NCBI GenBank assembly: GCA_046565705.1 | Contig: JBKHYE010000091.1 | Location: 1 to 42,293, forward strand | Length of the DNA: 42,293 bases | Source: Actinomycetes bacterium | Lineage (GTDB): Bacteria; Actinomycetota; Actinomycetes; Mycobacteriales; SCTD01 | Direction: 5' to 3' | Shown here: piece after piece, positions 15,894-23,195 of the stretch | Layout of the letters: every line of letters starts with the position of its first letter | How positions within the stretch are numbered: position 1 is the first letter of the stretch | Notes under the pieces: generated by a model | What the model was told of the DNA's origin: nothing | Seen by the model: only the letters and a program-made list of their open reading frames with translations | Databases searched by the model: none | Translations under genes and position numbers: made by a program

Positions 15894-16475
15894 TCACGAC
15901 CACGCCCGCTCGCCTCTCGAGGCGGCGCTGACGATGTCCTCGATGCGCCGCTGCCGCGTCTGCTCGCGCTTGGCCTGCACGAGCCGCTCGAGGTGCATCC
16001 GCTTCACCGACCGCGGGAACGCCTCCCACACCTCGCGCGAGCCGCGGCTCGCGGCGAAAGCCGCGGCCAGGTCCGGCGGCACGACCAGGTCCTCGACGTC
16101 GTCCAGCAGCGCCCATGAGCCGTCCGCCTTCGCGGCGTCCACGACCACCTGCCCACGCGGCCGCATCCGCCCCTCACGCTCCAGGCGCTCCAGCCGCTGC
16201 TTGTTCGCGCGCGACCAGCCGCTGCCCCTCTTGCGCGGCGCGAACCAGAGCATCGAGCGCTCGTCGTCGAGCGTGCCCGCGGTGCTGTCGACCCAGCCGA
16301 CGGCGAGCGCCTCGCAGACGACGTCGTCGTAGCTGGGCGACGGAAGCCCCGTCGCCTTCTTCCACGTCACCAGCCACACGCCCTCGCCGCGGTCGGCGTG
16401 CTGCTCGAGCCAGCCGCGCCACTGCTCGACGCGCTCGACGTGCACCTGCTCGCGGTCCTTCGACGGCACGACCAC
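15894..16475 (-). CDS. YdeI/OmpD-associated family protein
   Basis: WRGWLEQHADRGEGVWLVTWKKATG...SYDDVVCEALAVGWVDS...WSRANKQRLERL...PPDLAAAF...FPRSVKRMHLERLVQAKREQTRQRRI matches that family. I choose GTG 16475, because the 16511 start would leave only 7 bp before the divergent LysE gene. Confidence 0.8.
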   Translation of the reverse strand: MVVPSKDREQVHVERVEQWRGWLEQHADRGEGVWLVTWKKATGLPSPSYDDVVCEALAVGWVDSTAGTLDDERSMLWFAPRKRGSGWSRANKQRLERLEREGRMRPRGQVVVDAAKADGSWALLDDVEDLVVPPDLAAAFAASRGSREVWEAFPRSVKRMHLERLVQAKREQTRQRRIEDIVSAASRGERAWS

Positions 16476-16518
16476 GAGGCTCTCGCAAACGGCTGGACGA
16501 CGCACGCACACTCCTGCT

Positions 16519-17133
16519 GTGGACCTGCTCGCGTTCGTGCTCGCGGTGCTCGTCGTGACAGCGACACCCGGTCCGGCGTTCGCGCTGATCGTGCGGCGGG
16601 CCGGGATGCAGGGCTTCCGGCCGGCGGTCGCGACGGTGCTGGGGCTCGAGGCCGGGCTGTTCGCGTGGGCGGTGATGGCGGGCCTCGGGCTCGCCGCCGT
16701 CGTCGCTGCCAGCGAGGTGGCGTACTGGGTCCTGCGCGTCGTCGGTGCCGCTGTGCTGGTCTACCTCGGCGTGCGCGCCCTGCTCGCCGCACAGCGGTCC
16801 TCGGACGCGCCGGACACCGTGGTTCGCGCGTACCGGCCGTGGCGCGCGTTCGGCGAGGGGCTCCTCGTTCAGCTGGCGAACCCCAAGGCCGCCGTGTTCG
16901 TGCTCGCGCTGTACACGCAGTTCGTGCCGGCCGACGCGCGGGTGATGCGCACGGTGCTGCTGCTGGCGACGCTGCAGGTCGCGATCGAGACGGTGCTGTA
17001 CCTCGCGCTCGCCGCCGCGGTTGGCTCGGCGGGTGCGTGGTTCAGACGCTCACGCGTGCGGCGTGCGCTCGACGGCGTCTGCGGCTCGGTCCTCGTCGCG
17101 CTCGGACTGCGTCTCGCCCTCGCCCCGCGGTGA
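16519..17133 (+). CDS. LysE/RhtB family amino-acid exporter
   Basis: AFVLAVLVVTATPGPAFALIVRRA...QLANPKAAVFVLALYTQFV shows the typical LysE-family N-terminal PGP motif and NPK motif, with 6 TM segments. Confidence 0.9.
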   Translation: MDLLAFVLAVLVVTATPGPAFALIVRRAGMQGFRPAVATVLGLEAGLFAWAVMAGLGLAAVVAASEVAYWVLRVVGAAVLVYLGVRALLAAQRSSDAPDTVVRAYRPWRAFGEGLLVQLANPKAAVFVLALYTQFVPADARVMRTVLLLATLQVAIETVLYLALAAAVGSAGAWFRRSRVRRALDGVCGSVLVALGLRLALAPR

Positions 17134-18876
17134 CGGCACGCGAGCCGGCAGGTGGAGACGCGCGGTGCGCGCCATCCGCGTGCCGGCGATCGACATGAGC
17201 GAGGCGCTCGCGCGCGACGTCTTCAGCGCGTCGAGGAACTCCGAGCCGTCGATGCGCAACAGCGTGCTCGTCTCTCGCGCGCGCACCGTCGCCGTCCGTG
17301 GTCTGCCGTTCAGCAGACCGAGCTCGCCCACGTAGCCGGGCGCGTGCACCGTCGGCAGCTGCTTGGCCCTGGCGCCGACACCCTTGGCGCGGACCGTGAG
17401 CGACCCGCTGACGAGCACCCACAGCGCGTCCGCCTCCTCGCCCTCCGTGATGATCGCGGTGCGCGGTGGCACGGTGCGCTCCTCCGCCGCCTTGGCCAGC
17501 CGCTCGAGCGTCGTGCGGTCGACGCCCGCGAGCAGGTCGAGCACCGACAGGAGCTCCACGCGAGGTCGCAGCTGGTCGGCCACCGCGGCGGCGGCACGGT
17601 CGGTGCGCAGCAGGACGGGCAGCCCGAGCAGGGCGAGAGCCGGGATGCCGAGCCCGACGGCGAGCAGCGCGGCGTCGAGCCCGGCGACGGACAGCACCAG
17701 GGCCCCGACGAGGCTGGCGGTCGTGATGGCGCCGATGACGACGGCGTCGAAGACCCCGAACACCCGGCCCAGGACCTCCCTGGGCAGCTCGCGCTGCAGA
17801 GCGGTGATGGCGAGGACGTCGACGACGATCATCCCGGAGCCGCTGACCACCTGCAGGGCGAACGCGGCGAGCGGCCGGTCGACGAGCAGCGTCAGCAGGA
17901 ACGGCGTCGTCTGCACGAGGATGCTGATGAGGATCACCGGCGCGAGGCGCGACGACGCGCTGAGCCGGTTGGCGGCGAACGCCCCGAGCACGCCGCCCAG
18001 CGCGCCGCCGGCGAGCAGGTAGCTGTAGCCCTCGGCGCCGGTGCCGACGCGCTCCGACAGCGGGACGTAGATGACAGTCGCCGCGCCGTAGACGGCGGAG
18101 TCGAGCGCGCAGAACAGCACTAGGACGAACGCGGTGCGGTGCTCCAGCACGGTGCGGACGCCGACCAGCCACTGCGTGAGCGCGTTGCCGCCGTCCTGCG
18201 CGGCGCTGCCGGTGCTGCGCACGCGCAGCTGCGTCAGCAGCGCGATGGCGACGAGGAACGACACGATGTTGAACGCGATGCCGACCACGGGCGACGCGAC
18301 CACGAGCACCGCGCCACCGATCAGCGGGCCCACCACGACGACCGCGTTCTCCAGCGTGCTGAACAGCCCGTTGGCCGCGGCGAGGTCCTTCTCGCTGACG
18401 ACCTCCGGCGTCAGCGCCTGCGCTGCCGGGTTGTACGGCGCGAACACGGCCGCGGACACGACCGAGAGGGCGAGCAGCAGCCAGACCGGCGCGTCGACGG
18501 CCACCCCGACCGCCAGGACCGCCATGACGACCGCCGACGCCGCGGCGGACACGCGGAGCACCAGCGTGCGCTCGTAGCGGTCGGCGAGCACGCTCGCGTA
18601 GGCGCTGCACAGCACGGCCGGCACCCAGCGGCTCGCGGCCGACAGCGCCACCACCGTGCTCGACCCGGTGCGCTCGTACAGGTAGACGGCCAGCACGACG
18701 CTGTACGCCCAACTGCCGACGGCGTCGACGACGAACGACGCGGTGAGAAGCCGGAAGTCGCGGTGCGAGAGCGCGTCGCGGAAGCGCGCTCTGCTCGCCT
18801 CGGCCACTGCGGGCCCCCGTCCGGCCACGTGCCGCGGCCCCACCGCGTGCGCAGTGTGGACCTCGACAGGCGGCAC
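17050..18876 (-). CDS. MFS transporter (EntS/MFS_3-like) fused to a C-terminal cyclic-nucleotide-binding domain
   Basis: The N-terminal 12-TM MFS region includes FRLLTASFVVDAVGSWAY...LADRYERT. The C-terminal LERLAKAAEERTVPPRTAIITEGEEADALWVLVSGSL...GYVGELGLLNGRPRTATVRA is a cNMP-binding fold (GELxL...RTAxVxA). Confidence 0.85.
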   Translation of the reverse strand: MPPVEVHTAHAVGPRHVAGRGPAVAEASRARFRDALSHRDFRLLTASFVVDAVGSWAYSVVLAVYLYERTGSSTVVALSAASRWVPAVLCSAYASVLADRYERTLVLRVSAAASAVVMAVLAVGVAVDAPVWLLLALSVVSAAVFAPYNPAAQALTPEVVSEKDLAAANGLFSTLENAVVVVGPLIGGAVLVVASPVVGIAFNIVSFLVAIALLTQLRVRSTGSAAQDGGNALTQWLVGVRTVLEHRTAFVLVLFCALDSAVYGAATVIYVPLSERVGTGAEGYSYLLAGGALGGVLGAFAANRLSASSRLAPVILISILVQTTPFLLTLLVDRPLAAFALQVVSGSGMIVVDVLAITALQRELPREVLGRVFGVFDAVVIGAITTASLVGALVLSVAGLDAALLAVGLGIPALALLGLPVLLRTDRAAAAVADQLRPRVELLSVLDLLAGVDRTTLERLAKAAEERTVPPRTAIITEGEEADALWVLVSGSLTVRAKGVGARAKQLPTVHAPGYVGELGLLNGRPRTATVRARETSTLLRIDGSEFLDALKTSRASASLMSIAGTRMARTARLHLPARVPSPRGEGETQSERDEDRAADAVERTPHA

Positions 18877-18914
18877 GGACAGGGGGTCCGCCGATCTGCC
18901 CCGAGACGTCGGTG

Positions 18915-19679
18915 TCAGCCCCGGCGGTCGGCGTTGGCGGCGATCGCGTCACGCAGCCACACCGCGAGACCGGGTGCGGCGTCGTCGTAGTACGCGGTGA
19001 AGCGCTCGTCGTCGACGTACATCCGTCCGAGCGCGCGGTGCATCTCCGGCGGGCAGTCGTAGAACCAGCGGTCGATGCTTCGCCGGTGCTCCTCCGCGAG
19101 CGCCACGCCGTCGTCGCTGTCCGGCGCGACGCCGGCGCGGAACGCCTCGGCGGTGCGCGAGAGCAGGTCCTGCTGCTCCGCCTTGAACCGCAGCCAGTCC
19201 GCCTTGCTGTACCGCCGGGTGCGCTCGTGCGACTCGCGGTAGGCGTCGGTGTCGCCCCACCGCTGCTCGGCCTCCTCGGCGTACCGCGTCGGGTCGTCGT
19301 CGCCGAAGACCTCGAGCACCTCGTGCGGCTCGAGCTCGATGCCCATCTGTCTGGCCCTCCTCTGCCTGTCGATCGCGTCCGCCATGGCCAGCAGGCGGTG
19401 CGCGCTGTCGCGGAGCTGCTCCGACTGCCGGCGCAGCTCGTCGGCGACGTCCACACCGTCGTCGTCGAGCAGCGCCTTCACCTCCTCGAGCGAGAAGCCG
19501 AGCGCCCGGTAGGCGAGCGCGCGCTGCAGCCGGGCGATGTCGTCGCCGTCGTACAGCCGGTAGCCCGCCGACGACCGCCGGCTCGGCACCAGCAGGCCGA
19601 GCTGCTCCCAGTGGTGCAGCGCGCGCACGGTGACCCCGGCCGCCTGCGCGACCTGGCCGACCGTCCACGTGCTGCTCAT
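18915..19679 (-). CDS. MerR family regulator of the TipAL/Mta type (HTH plus TipAS antibiotic-recognition domain)
   Basis: WTVGQVAQAAGVTVRALHHWEQLGLLVPSRRSSAGYRLYDGDDIARLQRALAYRALGFSLEEVKALL is the MerR part. The C-terminal ...WGDTDAYRESHERTRRYSKADW...YVDDERFTAYYD is the TipAS domain. Confidence 0.9.
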   Translation of the reverse strand: MSSTWTVGQVAQAAGVTVRALHHWEQLGLLVPSRRSSAGYRLYDGDDIARLQRALAYRALGFSLEEVKALLDDDGVDVADELRRQSEQLRDSAHRLLAMADAIDRQRRARQMGIELEPHEVLEVFGDDDPTRYAEEAEQRWGDTDAYRESHERTRRYSKADWLRFKAEQQDLLSRTAEAFRAGVAPDSDDGVALAEEHRRSIDRWFYDCPPEMHRALGRMYVDDERFTAYYDDAAPGLAVWLRDAIAANADRRG

Positions 19680-19689
19680 GCGGAGCAGC

Positions 19690-19718
19690 CTGCTGCCTGA
19701 CGCCGCGTGAGGGTCAAG
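19690..19718 (-). promoter_or_regulatory. Candidate TipAL-type autoregulated promoter/operator
   Basis: The minus strand reads CTTGACC-CTCACGCGGCGTCAGGCAG-CAGGCT. TTGACC is followed by a 19-nt spacer containing the inverted repeat CCTCACGC-G-GCGTCAGG (7 of 8), which resembles the long-spacer MerR/ptipA layout. The ATG lies about 8 nt after the -10-like hexamer. Confidence 0.4.
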
Positions 19719-19745
19719 CCCTTTGCGCGCAGCCGGCGCCGTCGA

Positions 19746-20393
19746 TCAGACCAGACGGCGGTCGCTCGCCCAGCGAGCGAGCTCCCGGCGGTTCGACAGC
19801 TGCAGCTTCCGCAGCACGGACGACACGTGCGTCTCGATCGTCTTCACGGACAGGAACAGCTCCTGCGCGACCTCGCGGTAGGTGTAGCCGCGTGCGATGA
19901 ACCGCATCACGTCGCGCTCCCGGGAGGTGAGCAGGTCCAGCTCCTCGTCCTGCACGGGCACGTCCTTGCTCGCGACGGCGTCGAGCACGAAGCCGGCCAG
20001 CCGCGGCGAGAACACCGCGTCGCCGTCGGCGACCCGGCGCACGGCGTCGAGCAGGTCCTCGGGCGAGATGTTCTTCGTGACGTAGCCGCGGGCGCCGGCG
20101 CGCACGACCGCGATCACGTCGGCCGGCGCGTCGCTCACCGACAGCGCGAGGAAGCGGGTCGCCGGGCAGTCCTGCCCGAGCGCGGCGAGCACGGCTGGTC
20201 CGCCGCCGTCCGGCATGTGCACGTCGAGCAGCACGACGTCCGGCGACGTTCGACGCACGAGAGCGACTGCCTCGTCGACGCTCTCGGCCTCGCCGACGAT
20301 GTCGACGGCGTCGCCGAGACCGGTGCGCACGCCCGCCCGGAACAGCTTGTGGTCGTCCACGACCGCGACCGTGACCCGGCGTGCGTCACCCAC
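19746..20393 (-). CDS. NarL/LuxR-family response regulator (LiaR/VraR-like)
   Basis: The receiver domain is VAVVDDHKLFRAGV...PDVVLLDVHMPDGGG...K. The LuxR HTH is LTSRERDVMRFIARGYTYREVAQELFLSVKTIETHVSSVLRKL. There is an 8-nt overlap with the upstream kinase gene. Confidence 0.92.
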   Translation of the reverse strand: MGDARRVTVAVVDDHKLFRAGVRTGLGDAVDIVGEAESVDEAVALVRRTSPDVVLLDVHMPDGGGPAVLAALGQDCPATRFLALSVSDAPADVIAVVRAGARGYVTKNISPEDLLDAVRRVADGDAVFSPRLAGFVLDAVASKDVPVQDEELDLLTSRERDVMRFIARGYTYREVAQELFLSVKTIETHVSSVLRKLQLSNRRELARWASDRRLV

Positions 20394-21552
20394 GAGGCAC
20401 CTGCATCGAGACCTCCGTGCCCTCGCCGGCGGCGCTGCGCACCTGCACGGTGCCCCCCGCTCGCTCGACCCGCCCGACGACGGACTCCGCCAGCCCGTAC
20501 CTGTCTTCGGGCACGGCGTCGACGTCGAAGCCCTTGCCGCGGTCCCGGACGAACACCGTGACGGCGTCGTCCTCGACCTCGGCGTACACCTGCACCACCG
20601 CGGCGCCCGAGTGCTTGGCCGCGTTGACCACCGCCTCGCGCGCTGCTGCTGCGAGCGGCACGACGGCGCCGTCGTGCGGCACGTCGCCGACGTTCACGAC
20701 CTCGACCGGGACGCCGTGCGCGTCCTCGACCTCGGCGGCGGCCTGCTCGAGCACGGTGCTCAGCATCGCGACCGGGCCGGCGGCCGGTCGGTACAGCCAC
20801 GCCCGCAGCTCGCGCTCCTGACTGCGCGCCAGCCGGGCGACCTCGCGCGGGTCGGCGGCGCTCGCCTGGATGAGGGCGAGCGTCTGGAGCACCGAGTCGT
20901 GCACCTGCGCCGCGAGCTCGGCGCGCTCCTGCGAACGGATCCGCTCACGACGCTCGGCGCGCAGCTCGCCCAGCGTGCGCGTCGCCCACGGCGCAGCGAG
21001 CAGCGCCAGGCCGCCGACGACGATCGCCGTCGACAGCAGGCCCTCGCGCGCCTCCTGCAGCTCGCCTCGCGAGGCGAGGAACCCGGTGACGCCGATGCCG
21101 ACCAGCAGGGCCCCGGCGAGCACCCCGAGGACGCCGCCCCGCCGTCCGGTCGCCGACGCGCGCCACCGGGCGCGCCGCGCGTCGTCGGCCTGCCGCCACA
21201 CGAGCGCCGCGCCGGCGGCCATCACGCCGAGCGGCACCAGCGCGGCGTCCGGCACGGCGAGCCGACCGAGCAGCAGCAGCGCGCCGACCGCTACCGCCGC
21301 GAGCGCGACCACCTCGCCCCAGACGCGGTCGTCGAGCCGGCCGCCGTCCTCACCCGCCTGCGGCAGCACGAGCCAGTACGCCGCGTACAGCACGATGCCG
21401 CTGCCGCCCGCGACGGCGAGCACCGCGAACGCCACCCGGACCCAGAGCACAGGGAGCCCCAGGTGGGCGGCGAGGCCGGCCGCGACCCCGCCGAACGCGC
21501 GGCCGGAGCGCAGGCGCACGAGGCCCGGCGCGGCGGCGGGAGCGGTCACCAC
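20386..21552 (-). CDS. PspC-domain-containing sensor histidine kinase (HisKA_3/HATPase, LiaS-like)
   Basis: The N-terminal PspC domain is RAFGGVAAGLAAHLGLPVLWVRVAFAVLAVAGGSGIVLYAAYWLVLP. The H-box is ELAAQVHDSVLQTLALI. The ATPase region is EAVVNAAKHSGA...VRDRGKGF...YGLAESV. I chose GTG 21552 as the start. Confidence 0.85.
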   Translation of the reverse strand: MVTAPAAAPGLVRLRSGRAFGGVAAGLAAHLGLPVLWVRVAFAVLAVAGGSGIVLYAAYWLVLPQAGEDGGRLDDRVWGEVVALAAVAVGALLLLGRLAVPDAALVPLGVMAAGAALVWRQADDARRARWRASATGRRGGVLGVLAGALLVGIGVTGFLASRGELQEAREGLLSTAIVVGGLALLAAPWATRTLGELRAERRERIRSQERAELAAQVHDSVLQTLALIQASAADPREVARLARSQERELRAWLYRPAAGPVAMLSTVLEQAAAEVEDAHGVPVEVVNVGDVPHDGAVVPLAAAAREAVVNAAKHSGAAVVQVYAEVEDDAVTVFVRDRGKGFDVDAVPEDRYGLAESVVGRVERAGGTVQVRSAAGEGTEVSMQVPRG

Positions 21553-21661
21553 CCGAGCGTGCCACCGGGACGGGCCCGGTGCGTCGGGGACGCACCCTGA
21601 GTGCAGGACCAGGGTCGTTCCCTGATGCGCGCGCACCGGGCCGGCGCGCACGGTGTGCGTC

Positions 21662-22894
21662 ATGACCGAGAAGCCCGCCGGTGACGACGCCGGCACCGCG
21701 CACGACGACGCCACCGCCGGTGGCGGCACCACCACGGCACCGCCGCCTCCGCCTCCCCCGCCCCATGTCCCGCTGGTGCGCCCGGCGCACGACCGCGTCT
21801 TCCGCGGCGTCTGCGCGGCGATCGGCCGCGCCACGGGCACCGACCCGGTGCTGTGGCGGGTGCTCGTCGTGGTGCTCGCGTTTTTCGGCGGCACCGGGCT
21901 CGTCCTGTACCTCGCCGGCTGGCTGCTCATCCCCGAGGAGGGGCAGGCGGAGTCCGAGGCGCAGCGGCTGGCCCGTGGGCGCGGCATCAGCACCGGTGGT
22001 GCGGTCGCGCTCGTCGTCGTCGCGCTCGCCGTCGTGCTCGCCGTGCTCGACGACGGGCGCGGGGTCGTCCCGCTGCTGGTGCTGGGCGTGCTCGCCTACC
22101 TCGTCCTGCGCAGGGGTGGCGGGCGCGTCGCCACCTCGCCCGACCAGCCCACGCCGGCGACCGGCGCCGCGGCCTGGGACGCGCCGCCTGCCTGGACACA
22201 GCCCCCCGCAGAGGGCGCCGGCGCGCCGCCGTGGGGCCCGCCGCCGACGGCCTACGGCGCGCCGCCGCCACCGCCTGCCCCGCCGCGGCCGCGCAGCAAC
22301 CTCGGCGCGCTCACCATCAGCGCGGTGGCGCTCGTCGTCGGCGCGCTGCTGCTGGCGCGGTCGCTCGGCGCAGATGGCGTCGACGCCCCGCTCGTGCTCG
22401 CCGTCGCCCTGCTGGTCACCGGCGCGGGTCTGCTCGTCGGCACCCGCTGGGGTCGGGCTCGAGGGCTCATCGTGCTGGCCGTCGTCCTCGGGCTGGCTCT
22501 GTCCGCCACCGACAACGTCGACCAGCGCTTCGGCACCGCCAGCGGCGACCGGACGTGGACCGTCGACGGCACGAGCCGGCACACGCTCGGCGCCGGCACC
22601 GCGACGCTGGACCTGCGGCCGCTGGCCGGCACCGAGCGGCAGGTGACCGTCGAGGCGCGCGTCGGCGTCGGCGAGCTCGTCGTGCTCGTGCCGGAGGACC
22701 TGCGCGTCGCGATGGACGCGGACGTCGGGTTCGGAGAGCTGCGCACGCCCGACGGCGACGGCGGCGCGCGCACCCAGACCGGTCCAGGTCTGGACCGTGA
22801 GACCGCGCTCGGAGAGACCGGGCGCCGCAACGTCACGCTCGACGTCGAGGTCGGCGTCGGCGAACTGGAGGTGCGCGTTGTCCCCGCAGGATGA
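21662..22894 (+). CDS. PspC-domain membrane protein with a C-terminal LiaF-like (DUF2154-type) beta domain
   Basis: The PspC domain is RVFRGVCAAIGRATGTDPVLWRVLVVVLAFFGGTGLVLYLAGWLLIP. The C-terminus carries repeats VGVGELVVLVP and VGVGELEVRVV, typical of LiaF-like domains. A P8 run lies near the N-terminus. Confidence 0.8.
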   Translation: MTEKPAGDDAGTAHDDATAGGGTTTAPPPPPPPPHVPLVRPAHDRVFRGVCAAIGRATGTDPVLWRVLVVVLAFFGGTGLVLYLAGWLLIPEEGQAESEAQRLARGRGISTGGAVALVVVALAVVLAVLDDGRGVVPLLVLGVLAYLVLRRGGGRVATSPDQPTPATGAAAWDAPPAWTQPPAEGAGAPPWGPPPTAYGAPPPPPAPPRPRSNLGALTISAVALVVGALLLARSLGADGVDAPLVLAVALLVTGAGLLVGTRWGRARGLIVLAVVLGLALSATDNVDQRFGTASGDRTWTVDGTSRHTLGAGTATLDLRPLAGTERQVTVEARVGVGELVVLVPEDLRVAMDADVGFGELRTPDGDGGARTQTGPGLDRETALGETGRRNVTLDVEVGVGELEVRVVPAG

Positions 22895-23099
22895 GTCCCC
22901 GCAGATGCCGGCGCAGGTGCCGGCCCGGCTGGGCTGGCACCCGGTCGACCCCGTCTCGCTCGTCGCCGGGCTGCTGGCGGTCGGCGTCGCGCTGGTGTCG
23001 CTGCTCGACGTCGACGTCGACGCCGGCATCGTGTTCCCGGCACTGCTCCTGGGCGCCGGCGTCATCGGGCTCGTGGCGGCGCTGCGCCGCTCCGGCTGA
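22878..23099 (+). CDS. Hypothetical small two-TM membrane protein downstream of the PspC/LiaF gene
   Basis: The TM segments are LVAGLLAVGVALVSLL and IVFPALLLGAGVIGLVAAL. The start is either TTG 22878, which overlaps the end of the upstream gene, or ATG 22905. Confidence 0.45.
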   Translation: MSPQDESPQMPAQVPARLGWHPVDPVSLVAGLLAVGVALVSLLDVDVDAGIVFPALLLGAGVIGLVAALRRSG

Positions 23100-23195
23100 C
23101 ACCCGCGCCGTCCACCACGGCACCTGTCGGGCCGGTGGGACCGCACCGGCCTCACCAGTCCCGCTGCTGCGCGGGTGGACGCAACGGGTGCCGGG
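23092..23195. repeat. Inverted pair of the same GC-rich repeat family seen at 12243-12441, flanking a central hairpin; a likely bidirectional terminator
   Basis: The reverse complement of the right copy (23166-23195) is ccggcacccgtTgcgtccacc, against ccggcacccgtCgcgtccacc in the 12.2-kb array (20 of 21). The left copy (23092-23124) is a degenerate + strand version. The central perfect hairpin is ggccggtg (23130-23137) with caccggcc (23144-23151). Confidence 0.65.

Noticed and set aside
21553-21663. Extending the PspC-kinase gene to ATG 21663 (or to 21993 as in the ORF track).
   Set aside because: ATG 21663 would overlap the start of the divergent PspC/LiaF gene (ATG 21662), leaving no promoter space. 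The extra residues are not PspC-like. GTG 21552 begins right before the PspC domain.
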